64,000 bases of DNA from Negaprion brevirostris. Taxonomy: Eukaryota. Shown in pieces: positions 13,601-26,289 of this stretch; the stretch's first letter is position 1, and the number at the start of each line of letters is the position of its first letter. Location: the NCBI GenBank assembly GCA_030324005.1, contig JARDVH010000128.1, forward strand, positions 11,375,554-11,439,553, given 5' to 3'. The notes under the pieces were generated by a model. It saw only the letters and a program-made list of their open reading frames with translations. It was not told the origin of the DNA and did no database searches. The position numbers were made by a program, and so were the translations under genes.

Positions 13601-13952
13601 TCTAGCTTGATCCAGTACTGACTTTTGGCATCTTTGATGGATCTCCTTGTCGCAATTTGACACAAATGAGTGGCTTTCTGGGCCATTTCAGAGGGCACTT
13701 AAATGATGACCACACTTCTGTGGGTCTGGAGTCACATGTAGACCAGCTTTCTTTCTCTAAAGGACATTAGTGAACCAGATGGGTTTTTACGACAATCAAC
13801 AATGGTTTTATGGTCACCACTGGATTAGCTTTTAATTCTATTTTATTAACAATTTAAATTCCACCTAGGTGCAATTTGAACCTTTATCCCCATAGCATTA
13901 GTCTGGGCCTCTGGGTTACCAGTCCAGTGATATTACCACAACACTGCCACCT
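10670..13952 (-). mobile_element. Near full-span decayed ORF1-less CR1-clade LINE (tRNA-like head 13650-13952, endonuclease, RT, 3' tail)
   Basis: WKIAQVCPVLKKQDKSNPANYRFISLLS; VLGPVIFSCFINDLPS; MLADDCIM..QVWADKWQVTF (RT xADD motif). Confidence 0.85.
13052..13648 (-). mobile_element. Rex1/Babar LINE fragment nested in the CR1-type LINE
   Basis: LWHGLQDI..LPDEINALYARFEQ; C-terminus FFPAAIRLLNGPTSH; (AATCA)n-type 3' tail; contains an N gap. Confidence 0.8.
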
Positions 13953-14786
13953 CATTGTAAATTTCATTAGTTCTTTACTGTGTATAATGAGACAGTGGAC
14001 ATGAAAGTGCAGAGGTTGGCATAAGTGGAACAAGGGCAAGTGGAAAGGCTTGGCATTGTTCCCTATAGCTTGGCACAGGGGACATGTGGTGTCTTAGGAG
14101 GTGGGTGGAGGTAATGACGTGCCATGGATGGGCATAACCCATCCATCCCCGAAATGAGTCTACGGGAAGTGAGGGGTGAGTGCTGGAGGGCTTTTGTGTT
14201 TTTGTTTTAACTAGCACTAAGTCCCACAACACTGATGTGGGTCTTTTAACAGTCTGTCTCCACATCCTCCTGCAGTTGTCTCCGAACCTTTTCCCAGATT
14301 GGCTGCTCCCCCACCAGTCTCCATCCACACCCGACAATAAGATCATGCCTTTGCAGGCATCTCCTCCCGAGGCAGGTGGGCTGAACTGGAAATTAACCCG
14401 ACTCCCACAATCTGCATTGAGGAAGAAAATTCAGGCCAGAGTCATTTATAGCATAGAAGGAGGCCACTTAGACCACAGAGATAGAAACAGAAAGAAAGAA
14501 CAGAAGCAACTGAATTACAGAAATATTTACAGCTAGAATATTTGTTGAAGTCAGATTAAGTGATTTGATCTCAAATGTATCTAATTCACTTTGCAGAAAT
14601 GGGAAAGTGGCACATTGCTTTCTAGCAGTGTAAGAACACTGAATTCAAAAGAGGGTACAGCACAGCCAAACCATTGACTTAGTTAAGTGAATTTGAATAC
14701 TTGTAAATCCTGAGCTATGTAAAGAAATAAGATTATGACAAGGGAATAAGAACATTAAAACAAAAGGAGGGTGTGTCTACACTTAC

Positions 14787-14843
14787 GTGTTAGTTCGAAC
14801 TCGGTTACTGTGGAGCTGCTCACTGTCTTGAAGCTACTCTCAG
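14787..14843 (-). CDS. SDK1: Sidekick-1 57-nt symmetric exon (FN3 insert)
   Basis: acatag|CT GAG ... ACA C|gtaagt; phase 1-1; (P)ESSFKTVSSSTVTEFELT, resembling recalled SDK1 AQSSFKTVNSSSTSTMCELT. Confidence 0.88.
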
Positions 14844-15892
14844 CTATGTGAGGCAAGCAAAGCAAAATAAGTGAATCCGGGTTTAGAAGATTAGTATCTG
14901 CAAATGCTTACTGACAACACAGAGAATAAGTATCAATTAACAAGACATAAAAAGTGACAAAATCTCCTTTTAAGTATATTTTTGAAATTAATGATATACT
15001 CAAATTCCAGTTTATAACAGCTGTTGACATTGGAAAAATGTCAGCACTACATTTATGGCAAGACACGTTACAAACCTATTTAAACATGTGAAACGGCGTT
15101 TATTTTTCAGTGTCTCAAATTGAAGTTGTGTTTTCAAATTAAAGTGAACGACACTTGATGCTGTTAGTTAATACTGCTCTTGAGACAAGGCATTTTGTTC
15201 ACTCATGTTTGATTTTCCTAATCTTCAATACTAAAACATCTCTGTAAGCTGATTACTTTTAATAAAATCAAAGAAATTTAAACACAGGAGGCTATTTCAG
15301 CTCATCAGGCCTGTGTTATTTCAAACTCGTGCGGCTATCTATACCCAATACTCTTTCCCCATAACCTACCATATTTTTCTTCGAGTGTTAAGCTTCTTCT
15401 TAAATACAGTGATTGAATAAACTTCAATTGCCATTTATGATAAAGTATCGCAGTCTCAATAACACTTTGCATGAAGCACATTTCTTTGAAATTTTCCCTT
15501 TAGGTGTCCTTTCGATGGCTCTCCTGAAAAATCCTATCAATCAATGTCAATTGGAAGAAGCCCATTAGGGCACTAATGGGCAATATTAAATTAATTTAGT
15601 ACCAACCTTAAACTAATATCCTGCAATGATTAATTGACCAGTTAAAGTATTAAAAGTATCTTTTACTGTTTACCTCTTAAATATTTTAATCATTTTGAAC
15701 ATTTTTACTAGGCTTTCCTTAACCTCCTCTGTTCGAGTGAAACACTTCTGGCCAGCAGGTCCATCAGCATAGCTGTATTTTCTCATCTCTGATTCTATCC
15801 TAGTAAATCAGTCACATCATTTCGATGGTGGCTCTGTGATTCCTATAAAGGAATGTCCAAAACTATACTGCTTATCAACTGTACTTGATATC

Positions 15893-16020
15893 GGGTGGGA
15901 TTCTCCAGACGCACNNNNNNNNNNAACCAGAGAATCCCGCCCAAGGTCAACAGACCTTTCCGTGGTTCACCCCCTGCCCGCTACAATTCTTGTGGCACTC
16001 GGGATGGGAGAATTTCACCT
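15893..16020. mobile_element. About 130-bp MITE (Harbinger/Tourist-like)
   Basis: Imperfect TIRs GGGTGGGATTCTCC / GGAGAATTTCACCT with 3-bp TSD ATC on both sides. Confidence 0.7.
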
Positions 16021-16209
16021 ATCATCTTACTAATGGCCATATATACTATACCATGAATTAATAAAAAAGAATGTAGAATTATATTTGCCTTTTTAATGTA
16101 TTTTCCAAATTCTAACCCTGCCTGTGTATGGGTACCTATAAATAGTCTCATCTTCACCTACAAAAATTTTAGCATTTACAATATTGGCCAGAATTTTACA
16201 TCCCCACTT

Positions 16210-16700
16210 CAGAGTTATCACTGAACTGCTTTTGCCAAATAACTAGCTACTTGCTCCCTGAACATATTTTAAAATTACATACTAGAAGCAGAGGCTAACT
16301 GAGGAGCTAATAAGAGTAAGGAAATTAAAGTAATTAGAATCAGCAGAATAAAAAAGAGAAACTCAGGGTACTAAAATCCAACAAATCCCCAGGATCTGAT
16401 GGCCACATCCTAAGGTTTGAAATGAGATTGTTGCAGAGATAGCTGAAGTGCTGGCTATGATTTTTCAAAATTCCCTAGATTTTAGAACGGTCCTGGAATA
16501 TTGGAACTTAGCAAATGTAATACCGCTATTCAAGGAAAATAGGGAGAAAGAAAACAGGGAACTCCAGGTCAGCTAACCTGACATCAGTCAACCAAGTGCT
16601 GGAATCTAACAATGCACTAGAAAAGCCTAGTGTGATTAGAACAAGTCAACACTGTCTTACAAAGGGGAAATTCTCTCTGACAAATTTATTAAAGATTTTT
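16210..16700 (+). mobile_element. CR1 LINE ORF2 fragment
   Basis: KSPGSDG, WNLANVIPLFKE and pre-RT remnants. Confidence 0.75.
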
Positions 16701-18939
16701 GACTGTTATTTCTGCATAATGTGGCCGCAGGTCTAACAAAGGATGGGCACTCAAATTTTTAACATAACAGAATGAAAGGACAATATACCCTGATCCAAAT
16801 TGGAGTCTGGAAGCCAAGTGACCTCTTGTGTGTTTTGTACTGTCACAGCGTCAGGCATATCTGGGCAAATCTCTGGGAAGTCACTGAATGTGAAAACTAC
16901 CTACCCAGGTGCTGATTACCAGCCTTCTCCATACAATGGTTGTTACACCTGTTGGCTGAAAGATAAGCTTACGTAGAGATATTTGGAGGATATTTATAAC
17001 GGGAACGTTGATGGGATCTTAAAGAACCTCAAATGCTGAGACATCAACTATTATGTGGACAATGGAAACAACAGTTCTGTGGTAACATGACAGAAGCTGG
17101 TTCATGATAGAAAATACCTTATCAATTCACCAGGACAACCCAGTATAGGAAGTCTAGGACACAAAGTAAATACCCCGTGCAGAGGCTAATTCATTTTACT
17201 TGCAAAATTCTAATTTTTCACGACATGGGTTTACTGCAGAACTTCGACGGGAAAGGCTTTGTTTCTTGGATTAAACAATTGTAAGCTCTTCACCAGAAAG
17301 CTCCATTCTCCTTTATTCTTCAGTGAACTAAAAGAGAATTCTCATGCCTGAAACATTTCCAATTACCATCTGAAAAAACTTAAGAAAGAGTGATTTCTCA
17401 GACTCTTCTAAAGCTATCAGTGCATGCGGTTAGAATGTAACAGATGATAACATGGGATCTGTTGTAATGACCACTGGAAACATGCTGCAACGATCAGCTG
17501 ACCCAGTAAACTGTGTAATCAATGACAACATGATGTGGTGGTCAGCTGACTCTCCAAATTATTAAGTGTTCCGGAATAGATTTTAAATTGCTCTGAAATG
17601 GATTCCCAGAATGTGGTCAACTAGCAGCAATTAAATATGCCCATGGGATTTATCTGAAATTCTCCTGTTCTCTTGCCAAATGATTCAGTACGAATTTGCT
17701 CTTCTGAGCAAGTCAGAAGGACGTCTGCTAGAAGCCAGTGCGCTGCTTCGTGAAATATGCAGATTGAAAACTCCACTTCTTCAAGTCCGCTNNNNNNNNN
17801 NNNNNNNNNNNNNNNNNNNNNNNNNNNNNNNNNNNNNNNNNNNNNNNNNNNNNNNNNNNNNNNNNNNNNNNNNNNNNNNNNNNNNNNNNNNNNNNNNNNN
17901 NNNNNNNNNNNNNNNNNNNNNNNNNNNNNNNNNNNNNNNNNNNNNNNNNNNNNNNNNNNNNNNNNNNNNNNNNNNNNNNNNNNNNNNNNNNNNNNNNNNN
18001 NNNNNNNNNNNNNNNNNNNNNNNNNNNNNNNNNNNNNNNNNNNNNNNNNNNNNNNNNNNNNNNNNNNNNNNNNNNNNNNNNNNNNNNNNNNNNNNNNNNN
18101 NNNNNNNNNNNNNNNNNNNNNNNNNNNNNNNNNNNNNNNNNNNNNNNNNNNNNNNNNNNNNNNNNNNNNNNNNNNNNNNNNNNNNNNNNNNNNNNNNNNN
18201 NNNNNNNNNNNNNNNNNNNNNNNNNNNNNNNNNNNNNNNNNNNNNNNNNNNNNNNNNNNNNNNNNNNNNNNNNNNNNNNNNNNNNNNNNNNNNNNNNNNN
18301 NNNNNNNNNNNNNNNNNNNNNNNNNNNNNNNCTTTGAGTTGCAGGTTGCGTAGGCTTTGAGCATGGAAACAGGCCATTTGGCCCAACCAACCCACGCTGG
18401 CGTCTGTATTCACCCAAGCTTTCTCCCACGTTCCCTCATTTTAATCTATCATTGTAACCTCTATCTATCATTAATTTGTTTGGCTTAAAATGTATAATTC
18501 AAAATTGAGAGTACAAACAAAGACAAATTCCTCCTTTCGTTGTTTAGCCGGTGCAATAACAGATCTTTCTCTTTTTGGCCAGTGCAGATATTACTAGAAT
18601 TTCTTTTATCTCTGGTTCATATTTTCTCTGACTTAAAGTCATAAAATGTTCCTATCAATGGACCATCTCTAAAACAACTTGCTTGTTGAAAGGATTAGTT
18701 AATTTATGCATTACGCTCCTCAAACGACTATGACCAAAATTAATCAGATCAGCATGCCTTTGGTACAGGTGAATTGGAAGAGGTACACTTCTCCTCTTCT
18801 TCTAAAGCAGCACGATTTTTGACCTTGGTTATCTGCAAATGGAGCCATTCACAGTGAAAAATGCAGTTACAGAGGAAGGTCATGGAATAAAAATTCATGT
18901 GCGTTCTGCCTGTTAGTTAGGCATAAAAAGGCGCAAAGG

Positions 18940-19285
18940 AGTACAAAATTATGAGGGACCTAAATAGGGTAGACAGTAAAGAATGTTTCCCATAGCTGAA
19001 GGATCCATTATTACGGGGCACAGATTTAAGGTGATTGGTGGAAGGATTAGAAGAGACATGGGGAAAACCTTTTTCACCCAGAGTGTGGTGCGCACCTGGA
19101 ATTCACTGCCTGAATTGTTAAGTAGTACCTGGATCTGCACTTGAAGGGCTGTAACCTGCAAGGCTACTGACTGGGTGCTGGATAGTAGGCTCAAAATGAG
19201 TTACTTTTCTTCTCTTTTTGGCCAGTGCAGATATGATGGGCTGAATGGGCTCTTTCTGCACTGTAATGTTTTCCATGGTTCTTCA
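18940..19285 (+). mobile_element. CR1 3' tail
   Basis: ...gggcacagatttaaggtg...tggaattcactgcctg...gatgggctgaatgggctctttctgcactgta, a shark CR1/HER1-type 3' end. Confidence 0.7.
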
Positions 19286-20586
19286 GTTTTACAATTGGTC
19301 TACAATTTGGTAGTGGGACAGCTCATACCCAAATCAAGCACCCAAAATCAGCGTTCCCAGTGAATGCCCTAAATAACTGTTACGCCCCTAAATTACATAT
19401 TTAAGGCGCATAACTTCTGCAGAAGGGCCCGACTGCAAAGTGAGTTGGCAATTCTTGTCACAGGCACTGGGCCTATCTCGCTTTCAGTTCTTCAGCACAC
19501 CCCGTGCCCTCAGCTTCCAACGAAAGCAGGCAGGTTAAAAAAGAAATTTTGTTTAAAAACTCGATCTCATGGAGTCAGGAGGAACAACAGTGATTCTCCA
19601 ACACTACTGGCACTGCAATTGCCCCACCCATACACCACTTAAACCCTCCATCCCATGACTTACCCAAAGATTCTCAGCGAGTCAGGAGTCTGACATTTAT
19701 GACTTTGCTTGGGAAGCTACCTATGACGCACAACCAATGCTGGTAGTTTAGGCTGAGTATACCAATGGGGACCAGGGTCCAATTCCATTGCCTTTTGGTT
19801 TGGACATGAAATGTTTTTTGTACCAAAATAGGCTCAGCTTACTTTCATTCTAATCCACAGGGGAAGGCTGTAGACAGTTTCTCCATCCCTCTTCTGATTT
19901 GTATGAAGGTATAAACAAAATAATGTTTGTGTTGCAGGGGCTGGGGGTTAGAATTTAGGTCCAACAAGTTAATTCACAATCTGGGTAAACATTTATCCCT
20001 ATCATTAAGTACACCTAGGTAGTTTCAACTGTGTTGGCTGTGACAGGCATATAAAAAATTGACATCACGTTAGATATTGAGAAAATCACTGATTGAACCA
20101 TGAATTCTGGCAGCAGTGAATAACATGGGGAAAATATGAATAAAAGAAGAAGCCAATTTAAAAAATGTTGTATGCATAGCATCAGTTTGGCTGTAAATAG
20201 ATGGCCAAATTATTCAAATTCTGACTGCAAAACATCCGTGAGGCAACCATTCACATGACACATATCGCATTCAAAGCAAGGCCGTAGACAATCTCCAATC
20301 AACACAAGTGTTAGATCTATCATGTCAGAAAAGCATACATGACTGAAGAGCAAGTGGTAGACTCCACAATTGATATGATAATGATGCAATATGTTTGTAT
20401 AAAAGCAACATTTGCATTTTTATTGCTTTGTCAGAAATAACATTGTCAAGTTGGACATAGTGGGAACCAAGCAGTCAGAATTTAAAGCCCTACAAGACAT
20501 ACGCATTAAAACAACAAAAGGTTTTAGGAAAATATTTTTGAAACAAATCAAGGCTGTCCACAGAGCTGTCATCTGCTGTTACTTAC

Positions 20587-20722
20587 GGGTTAGCTCTGTC
20601 TGTAGAGAAGAAGGCTCCCCAATGGACTGTGTGTTGAATTCTGGCATATTCTCATACACAAGCTCCCGGTAGTAAATGCGGAATCCCAACAATATGCCAT
20701 TAAAACTTTCTTCTTTTGGTGG
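20587..20722 (-). CDS. SDK1: Sidekick-1 coding exon, FN3
   Basis: ccctag|CCA CCA ... ACC C|gtaagt; 136 nt, phase 0-1; PPKEESFNGILLGFRIYYRELVYENMPEFNTQSIGEPSSLQTELT. Confidence 0.93.
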
Positions 20723-21154
20723 CTAGGGAAAAACAAAACATAGAAATTATTCTGTTTGTATCTTCATATTATCTGGGTAATTTAATCTGGTTTCACTTCC
20801 GTCATACTACTTGTTCTCCTCCATCTCCTCAAACCTAATCAATTCTGCTGATTGCTTCTAGAGTAAAAAAACATACCTGAAGAAGTATTAACCATACAAA
20901 TGGGAACTGGTTAACTCAAATCCAAACTAAAATAGTTCATTCCATCTGAAGCAGTAACGGTGTTAAAACAATGGCCCTAAATGCCCATAAAAAGGTGAGC
21001 AGAAAAGTCACCCAGTGATCATGGTCATAAAATACAGACTGAATACAGCATAGATTGAGGCCATTCACTTGTAGTATCCATGCCAGCTCTCTGCAAGAGT
21101 ATCTCACCTCAGTCCCACTCACTCACCTTTTTCCCATAGCCCTGCAAACATTTT

Positions 21155-21625
21155 TCTTATAACACCAGGTTAAAGTCCACAGGTTTATTTGGTAGCAAAA
21201 GCCACTAGCTTTTGGAGCACTTGCTGTTCCTTCCTCAGGTGAGTGGGAGTTCTATTCACAAACAGGGCACATAAAGACACAAACTCAATTTGCAAAATAA
21301 TGATTGGAATGCGAGTCTTTATAGGTAACCAAGTCTTCAAGGTACAGACATTGTGAGTGGAGAGAGCGTAAAGCACAGGTTAAAGAGGTGTGTATTGTCT
21401 CCAGCCAGGACAGTTACTGAGATTTTGCAAGCCCAGGCAAGTTGTGGGGGTTACAGCTAGTGTGATATGAACCCAAGATCCCGGTTGAGGCCGCCCTCAT
21501 ATGTGTGGAACTTGGCTATCAGTCTCCACTCAGCGACCGCGCTGCCGCGTGTCGAGAAGGCCGCCTTGGAGAACACTTACCCGAAGATCAGAGGCCGAAT
21601 GCCTGTGACTGCTGAAGTGTTCCGG
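21155..21625 (-). mobile_element. Penelope-like element 3' fragment (GIY-YIG C-terminus plus pLTR with decayed hammerhead at 21203-21241)
   Basis: Colinear with 54562-55010; hammerhead core CAC-CUGAGGA-...-AAAAGCUA-GUG with G12 changed to A. Confidence 0.8.
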
Positions 21626-22199
21626 AATTACCCAGATAATGTGGGTGTGTTCTCCTTTAAGATTGGAATGTTAAGGGATTTTTGTGAAGGGTTCAAAATG
21701 ATAAGAGTTCTGGACAGAGTAGAAAGGCAGAAATTGTTCCTGTTTGCAAAAATATTGAGAACCTGAGGACACTGATTTCAGTTGATGGATAAAAGAAGCA
21801 ACACTAACATGGAGAATCCTTTAATGCAACCAGAATTTAGGATCTGGACTTCCTGAGAGTGTGGTTGAGAAAGGTTTAATCAGAGTCTTCAAAAGATCAT
21901 CAACTGGGGAGAAAAATGTAATGATGTGGAGATGCTGGCATTGGACTGGGGTAAACACAGTAAGAAGTCTCGAATGTATCCACATAATTGNNNNNNNNNN
22001 NNNNNNNNNNNNNNNNNNNNNNNNNNNNNNNNNNNNNNNNNNNNNNNNNNNNNNNNNNNNNNNNNNNNNNNNNNNNNNNNNNNNNNNNNNGCCTATTCTA
22101 GACCTGGCAATGTGTAATGATGTGGAGATGCTGGCATTGGACTGGGGTAAACACAGTAAGAAGTCTCGAATGTATCCACATAATTGAAGTGAAGACTGC

Positions 22200-22790
22200 A
22201 AACAAACCCAGCCAAGTTCCATTGTTTCCGCATTCCAACTTGAAAATTGCAAGGCATACAACATCCTAAATGTTGCCTTTGGTGGGAGTGCAGCATGAGC
22301 CAACCCCCACCTATCTCCATAACTTACTGTCTCCAACTTATCATCACCACCTCTTAAAGACTGCCAAAAAGACCAAGACAAAGTGAACATCATTCACTAG
22401 CTCACTGGGCTGCAAAAACTACCTCCTTCATACTTTTGCCGAAGCACTGGTCTTCTCAACAGCTGAGTGTGTGCATGGGCCTCATGCATCACATCAAATA
22501 AAGTGACAGATACAACTTCATTCACTGAAGAGGATCATCTCTGAAACTTGAGATCAGCTTCAGTTCAGTTGTTACCAATCTTTACAAATATCACCTCTCC
22601 TTCCATTTGACAAGCCGCAGTATCACACAGAGAAGTAACTTGTATCAGCAGCAACTTGGACCTTTCCCATCCATAGAGACCTTCAGGACTCCCAACTCGC
22701 CACATGGCTCTGCAAAACACTTTATAGACTTGAATCAAACATCTCCAACTCCAAAACACTGGAGGAAAGCTTAGACAGAAAACACCTTCC
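22200..22790 (+). mobile_element. Ingi/Vingi-like LINE fragment (post-RT region)
   Basis: Remnant GCKNYLLHTFAEALVFSTAE...IQLHSLKRIISET..RSASVQLLPIFTNITSP resembles the recalled Ingi-clade motif ALVFSTAEY..MRIISGTLRSTP.WLPVLSNIAPP. Confidence 0.55.
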
Positions 22791-22802
22791 GAAGAAACAC
22801 GT

Positions 22803-22928
22803 GAGCCAGAAATCTACCACATCCCCTGCCACAGATTCGGAGCAGGCGAGGTTCCAACAATGGAAATCTCCATTGACCTTGCCTGGGAATTTCTGGTCTT
22901 GCTCGAGTGTGGTTGTAAAATCCCACCC
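22803..22928. mobile_element. MITE, same family as 15893-16020 in the opposite orientation
   Basis: Internal ttgaccttgcctgggaattt matches the reverse complement of gaatcccgcccaaggtcaa; right end GTAAAATCCCACCC. Confidence 0.5.
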
Positions 22929-24379
22929 AAGGTCTCTGACCCAACATCTCAACAATTAGCCTTTAATTTTCAGAGGTGCATCAATAGAATATAGATTGGA
23001 AATGGTCACTTGATATACAAGTGGCACTTCAAAACCTTACCTGGCTGCCACTGCAGAAACTCTGGCCAAACCATGGACCACATAATAACACTTTTCCCCA
23101 ATTCAAGTTTGAGAGCAACATTCTGAAGTTACGCTTGCTCTCCAGCAAGGCACTGGAGTGGTTAGAAAATTTGGCATTAAAACTGACAATAGCTCCTGCT
23201 CTTAAAATCATACAAAAGACTGAAGATTTTCATTGCCGAAGCTTTTCTCATGAACATTTTCTGCACTCTCCTCAATGCCTTTACATCCTTCCTTAAGTGT
23301 GGAGCCCAGAACTAGACACAATAATCAATTTCAGGCCAAATCAAAATTTTGTGCAGGTTTATCATTTCTCTGCTTTTGTACTCTTATATCCCTATTATAA
23401 AACGCAAGATCCCGTATTCTTTATTAACCACGCTCTGCCAGCTGCTCAACAACTCCTATTGCGTGTCCAAAGAGATTAGGATTGGTTTGCTTGTGATGTC
23501 TGTCATATTAAGAAGTTACCCAGCATTCAGTGACTAAATCTGCACATAAAGAATGGTCAATTGAGACCAAAGTTTCAGAAAGCAATTGGTGACTGTGAAA
23601 TTATCCCAGAGTGGTATTCAGAAAATGAAGGGAGGAATCTAAATGAGGAAAAGACTTAGCAAAGAGGAGTTTCATTCACTGTTTCATTTATTACCTTGAA
23701 ACCCGTCACATATCTGTAGTAACATAAATGTGGTAATTCACTTCTATTTTGATTTTGTTCTTCGGCATTCAAATGAGTTATTTTCTTTTATTATCTGCTG
23801 TGGTATCATCGTGATTGTATCACTGAATAAAGAATCCAAAGACCAGAACTAATGTTCCAGAGACACAGGGTGAAGTTGTAACTCAGTCAAAATCAATCCA
23901 CTTGCACAGAGAGAAAATCAGTCCAAATGAGTTCAAAATTCACCCTGGCAGTTGAGGAGTTTAAAATCAGTTAAATAAATTCTGGAATCAAAAATTTCTC
24001 TTAGCAACAATGCTCATTTTTGTTCAATCCCAACCATTTACAAACATCAGTTAAGCATAAAATGAATTGGTGAGGTATACTTTTATCCACTCTGTCATAG
24101 ACAAATCTAGGAAATAGAACTAATTTATAAACTGTTTAAATTGACCAAAAACAGTCAGAACAACTTGTAGAATTTAATAGCTAACTTATCTACTATTTGT
24201 AAGATGATTTTGTGCATGTAATAAAGTGTGCCATCTGGAGTGTGATACATACCACTGACTCTTGAATGGGTTTGCTCAGGATTCACTGAATGAAATGCTA
24301 TGGGGTGATGGGGATGAGCAATAAATACAGGCCGTGTCAGGGATACCAACATCTTGTAAAATGAATTTTCAAAAATTCA

Positions 24380-26280
24380 ACAGTCTCCAAAACTGGGTGT
24401 GGGGGTTGTGATTAGCCCTTGCCCATTGATTGCAATGCACACATCACACCCGTTATGCTGTCTGCTGTTTTAAAATGATATCAGTCCTGTCAGCACTGAT
24501 TGAGCTGCTGGTTTGCTGGTCATCTGATGAATATCATGAGTGACTAGCAGCACTTAAAACTAGTCTGAATCTCTTAAAGGTGAAGTTCATTCTGACTGAA
24601 GATGGTACTGACAGCCATGTAGGAATTTGATTTGATTTTGACCAATGAAATACTGAATAATAGCACAATGATCAGACTCCAAGTTTTTGGAGATTATACT
24701 GGAGGCTTTGGTGGAGAAGTGCAAAGGGCGGGTCTTGTATCTGCAGGGGTTCATGAGATCTTCCAAACACATGCTTAGAAGGCAGTCAGAGCAAATAGTG
24801 CAGGTATTGCCGGAAGTCAGCCCCGAGAACTTGGATGCTGTGCCGCAAGAGGTTCAACACTCTCATATGTGGTCTATGTCACTGAATGTGTCTTCAAATG
24901 TTATATATCACTCTCTGCACCACTAACCTCACACACTGCTCAATGTACCACACCTCGCCATTCAGCTATCAACAATCAGGCTCATACGTGACAATCATAT
25001 ACATCACTACTCCCTCACTCACTTAGCATACATATTCACCCACAGTTTACATGTACTGGCAGCTATTTAAGCCATGACACTCACATAAGATAAACAGACT
25101 GCACAACGTTCAATGACACAGAGCAGGAGCTAACTGGTGGGTGACTGTCAGACCTACATAGCTGACCACTATGCAGGAGATGGTGCTGGCCTTTACCAAG
25201 GTGCCTACAATTGAGGCTGTAGCCAGCAGAGAGGCTGAAACTATCAAAGATGGCATCTAATTATGCATTTCACATTCCACCTCCCGTCATGACATAATCT
25301 ATTCTGAATCACAATATGCAGATGGTGTAAACACATGCGTCTTACTTTCCCCTACTCCTCAAATTACAACCTTGTTCTTGTACTTTCTTCCTTTCAGATA
25401 CCCAAGGAGTGCAGCATGGTTAGGTAGCGAATGAACAAAAACAAGACAGTGATAATGAAAGCACCATCGTTTAATTTCACACTTGCAGCTAACAGTTCAG
25501 ATACTGACACGAAGTGAGTGACTTAGAGTACAGCATAGAGGTAGGATCTGCACTTGGAGAGACATTGGGCATGGGTGGCTGCCACCAGAGCAGGGGGTGG
25601 GGGGTAAGGATAGTGCAGGTACTGATCAGGTGTCATTAATGTTAATGGTTTTCCTTCACAAATGCTGCCTGACCTACTGAATGTTTCCAGCATTTTCTGT
25701 TCTTATTTCAGTTTTCCAACACTTACATGTAGCAAAGGTACCAGCTTGTCAGAGTGCAAGGCCTCACATGGGTTCCACTGGAAACAGAAAGCTGATGGGT
25801 ATGCAGTCATCAACTGCATATGAAATGCTTCATTCACTGGAAACCTGCAGTCTAGGATTATGGAGTTCAGGCAAACTGGATGCTGAAAGAGTGAAATCAC
25901 TCTCAGCTGTGCTTTAGAGCAAGGTTGTGCACTCAGTGACATCTTGCATCAAGGGAAGTCTGCAATCCCAGTGAAGCTGTGTTCACTCTGCTGTTTTCTC
26001 TCTAGCAAGAGACCATGAATTGTCATTACCTCTTTGTGAATGATCTCCCTCTTGCTGGGATGGATGGCAAACTGAAACATTGCAAATATCTCCAGCCTGG
26101 ACGGATGCTGACACCGAAACATTCACTGCCATTATTACCCTCACAGCTACCGAGTGCTATTCTCAACCTGCTCTAAGGTTGCAGTTATTGTTGCAGAAGA
26201 TTTCAGATTTCAGTGCGGATGTTGCACACACTTTCTTTCATAGTTCAGTTAGGAGAATTAAGTCTTGGAGAAAATGGTCT
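24380..26280 (+). mobile_element. Decayed PIF/Harbinger element with Myb/SANT-like ORF remnant (about 24675-24865)
   Basis: ILEALVEK..VLYLQG..SKHMLRRQSEQI then frameshifted APRTWMLCRKRFNTL, the Myb/SANT (trihelix) signature of the Harbinger accessory protein; boundaries approximate. Confidence 0.65.
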
Positions 26281-26289
26281 TCTGCTGGT

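Larger units (their letters stand above)
9822..14437. mobile_element. Non-autonomous PIF/Harbinger-type element expanded by nested LINEs
   Basis: TIRs GGCCTGGATTTTC (9822) and GAAAATTCAGGCC (14425-14437); flanks ATA/AGA; same TIR as the element at 44359-45534. Confidence 0.55.

Noticed and set aside
17621-18429. Long ORFs in the track here and at 34191-35483, 55470-56208 and 28414-28753
   Set aside because: They are open only because they run through N gaps.
21918-22186. Identical 73-bp direct repeat containing a Penelope pLTR tail on both sides of a 100-N gap
   Set aside because: Perfect identity flanking a placeholder gap points to an assembly or haplotype artefact; it cannot be called a real duplication without reads.
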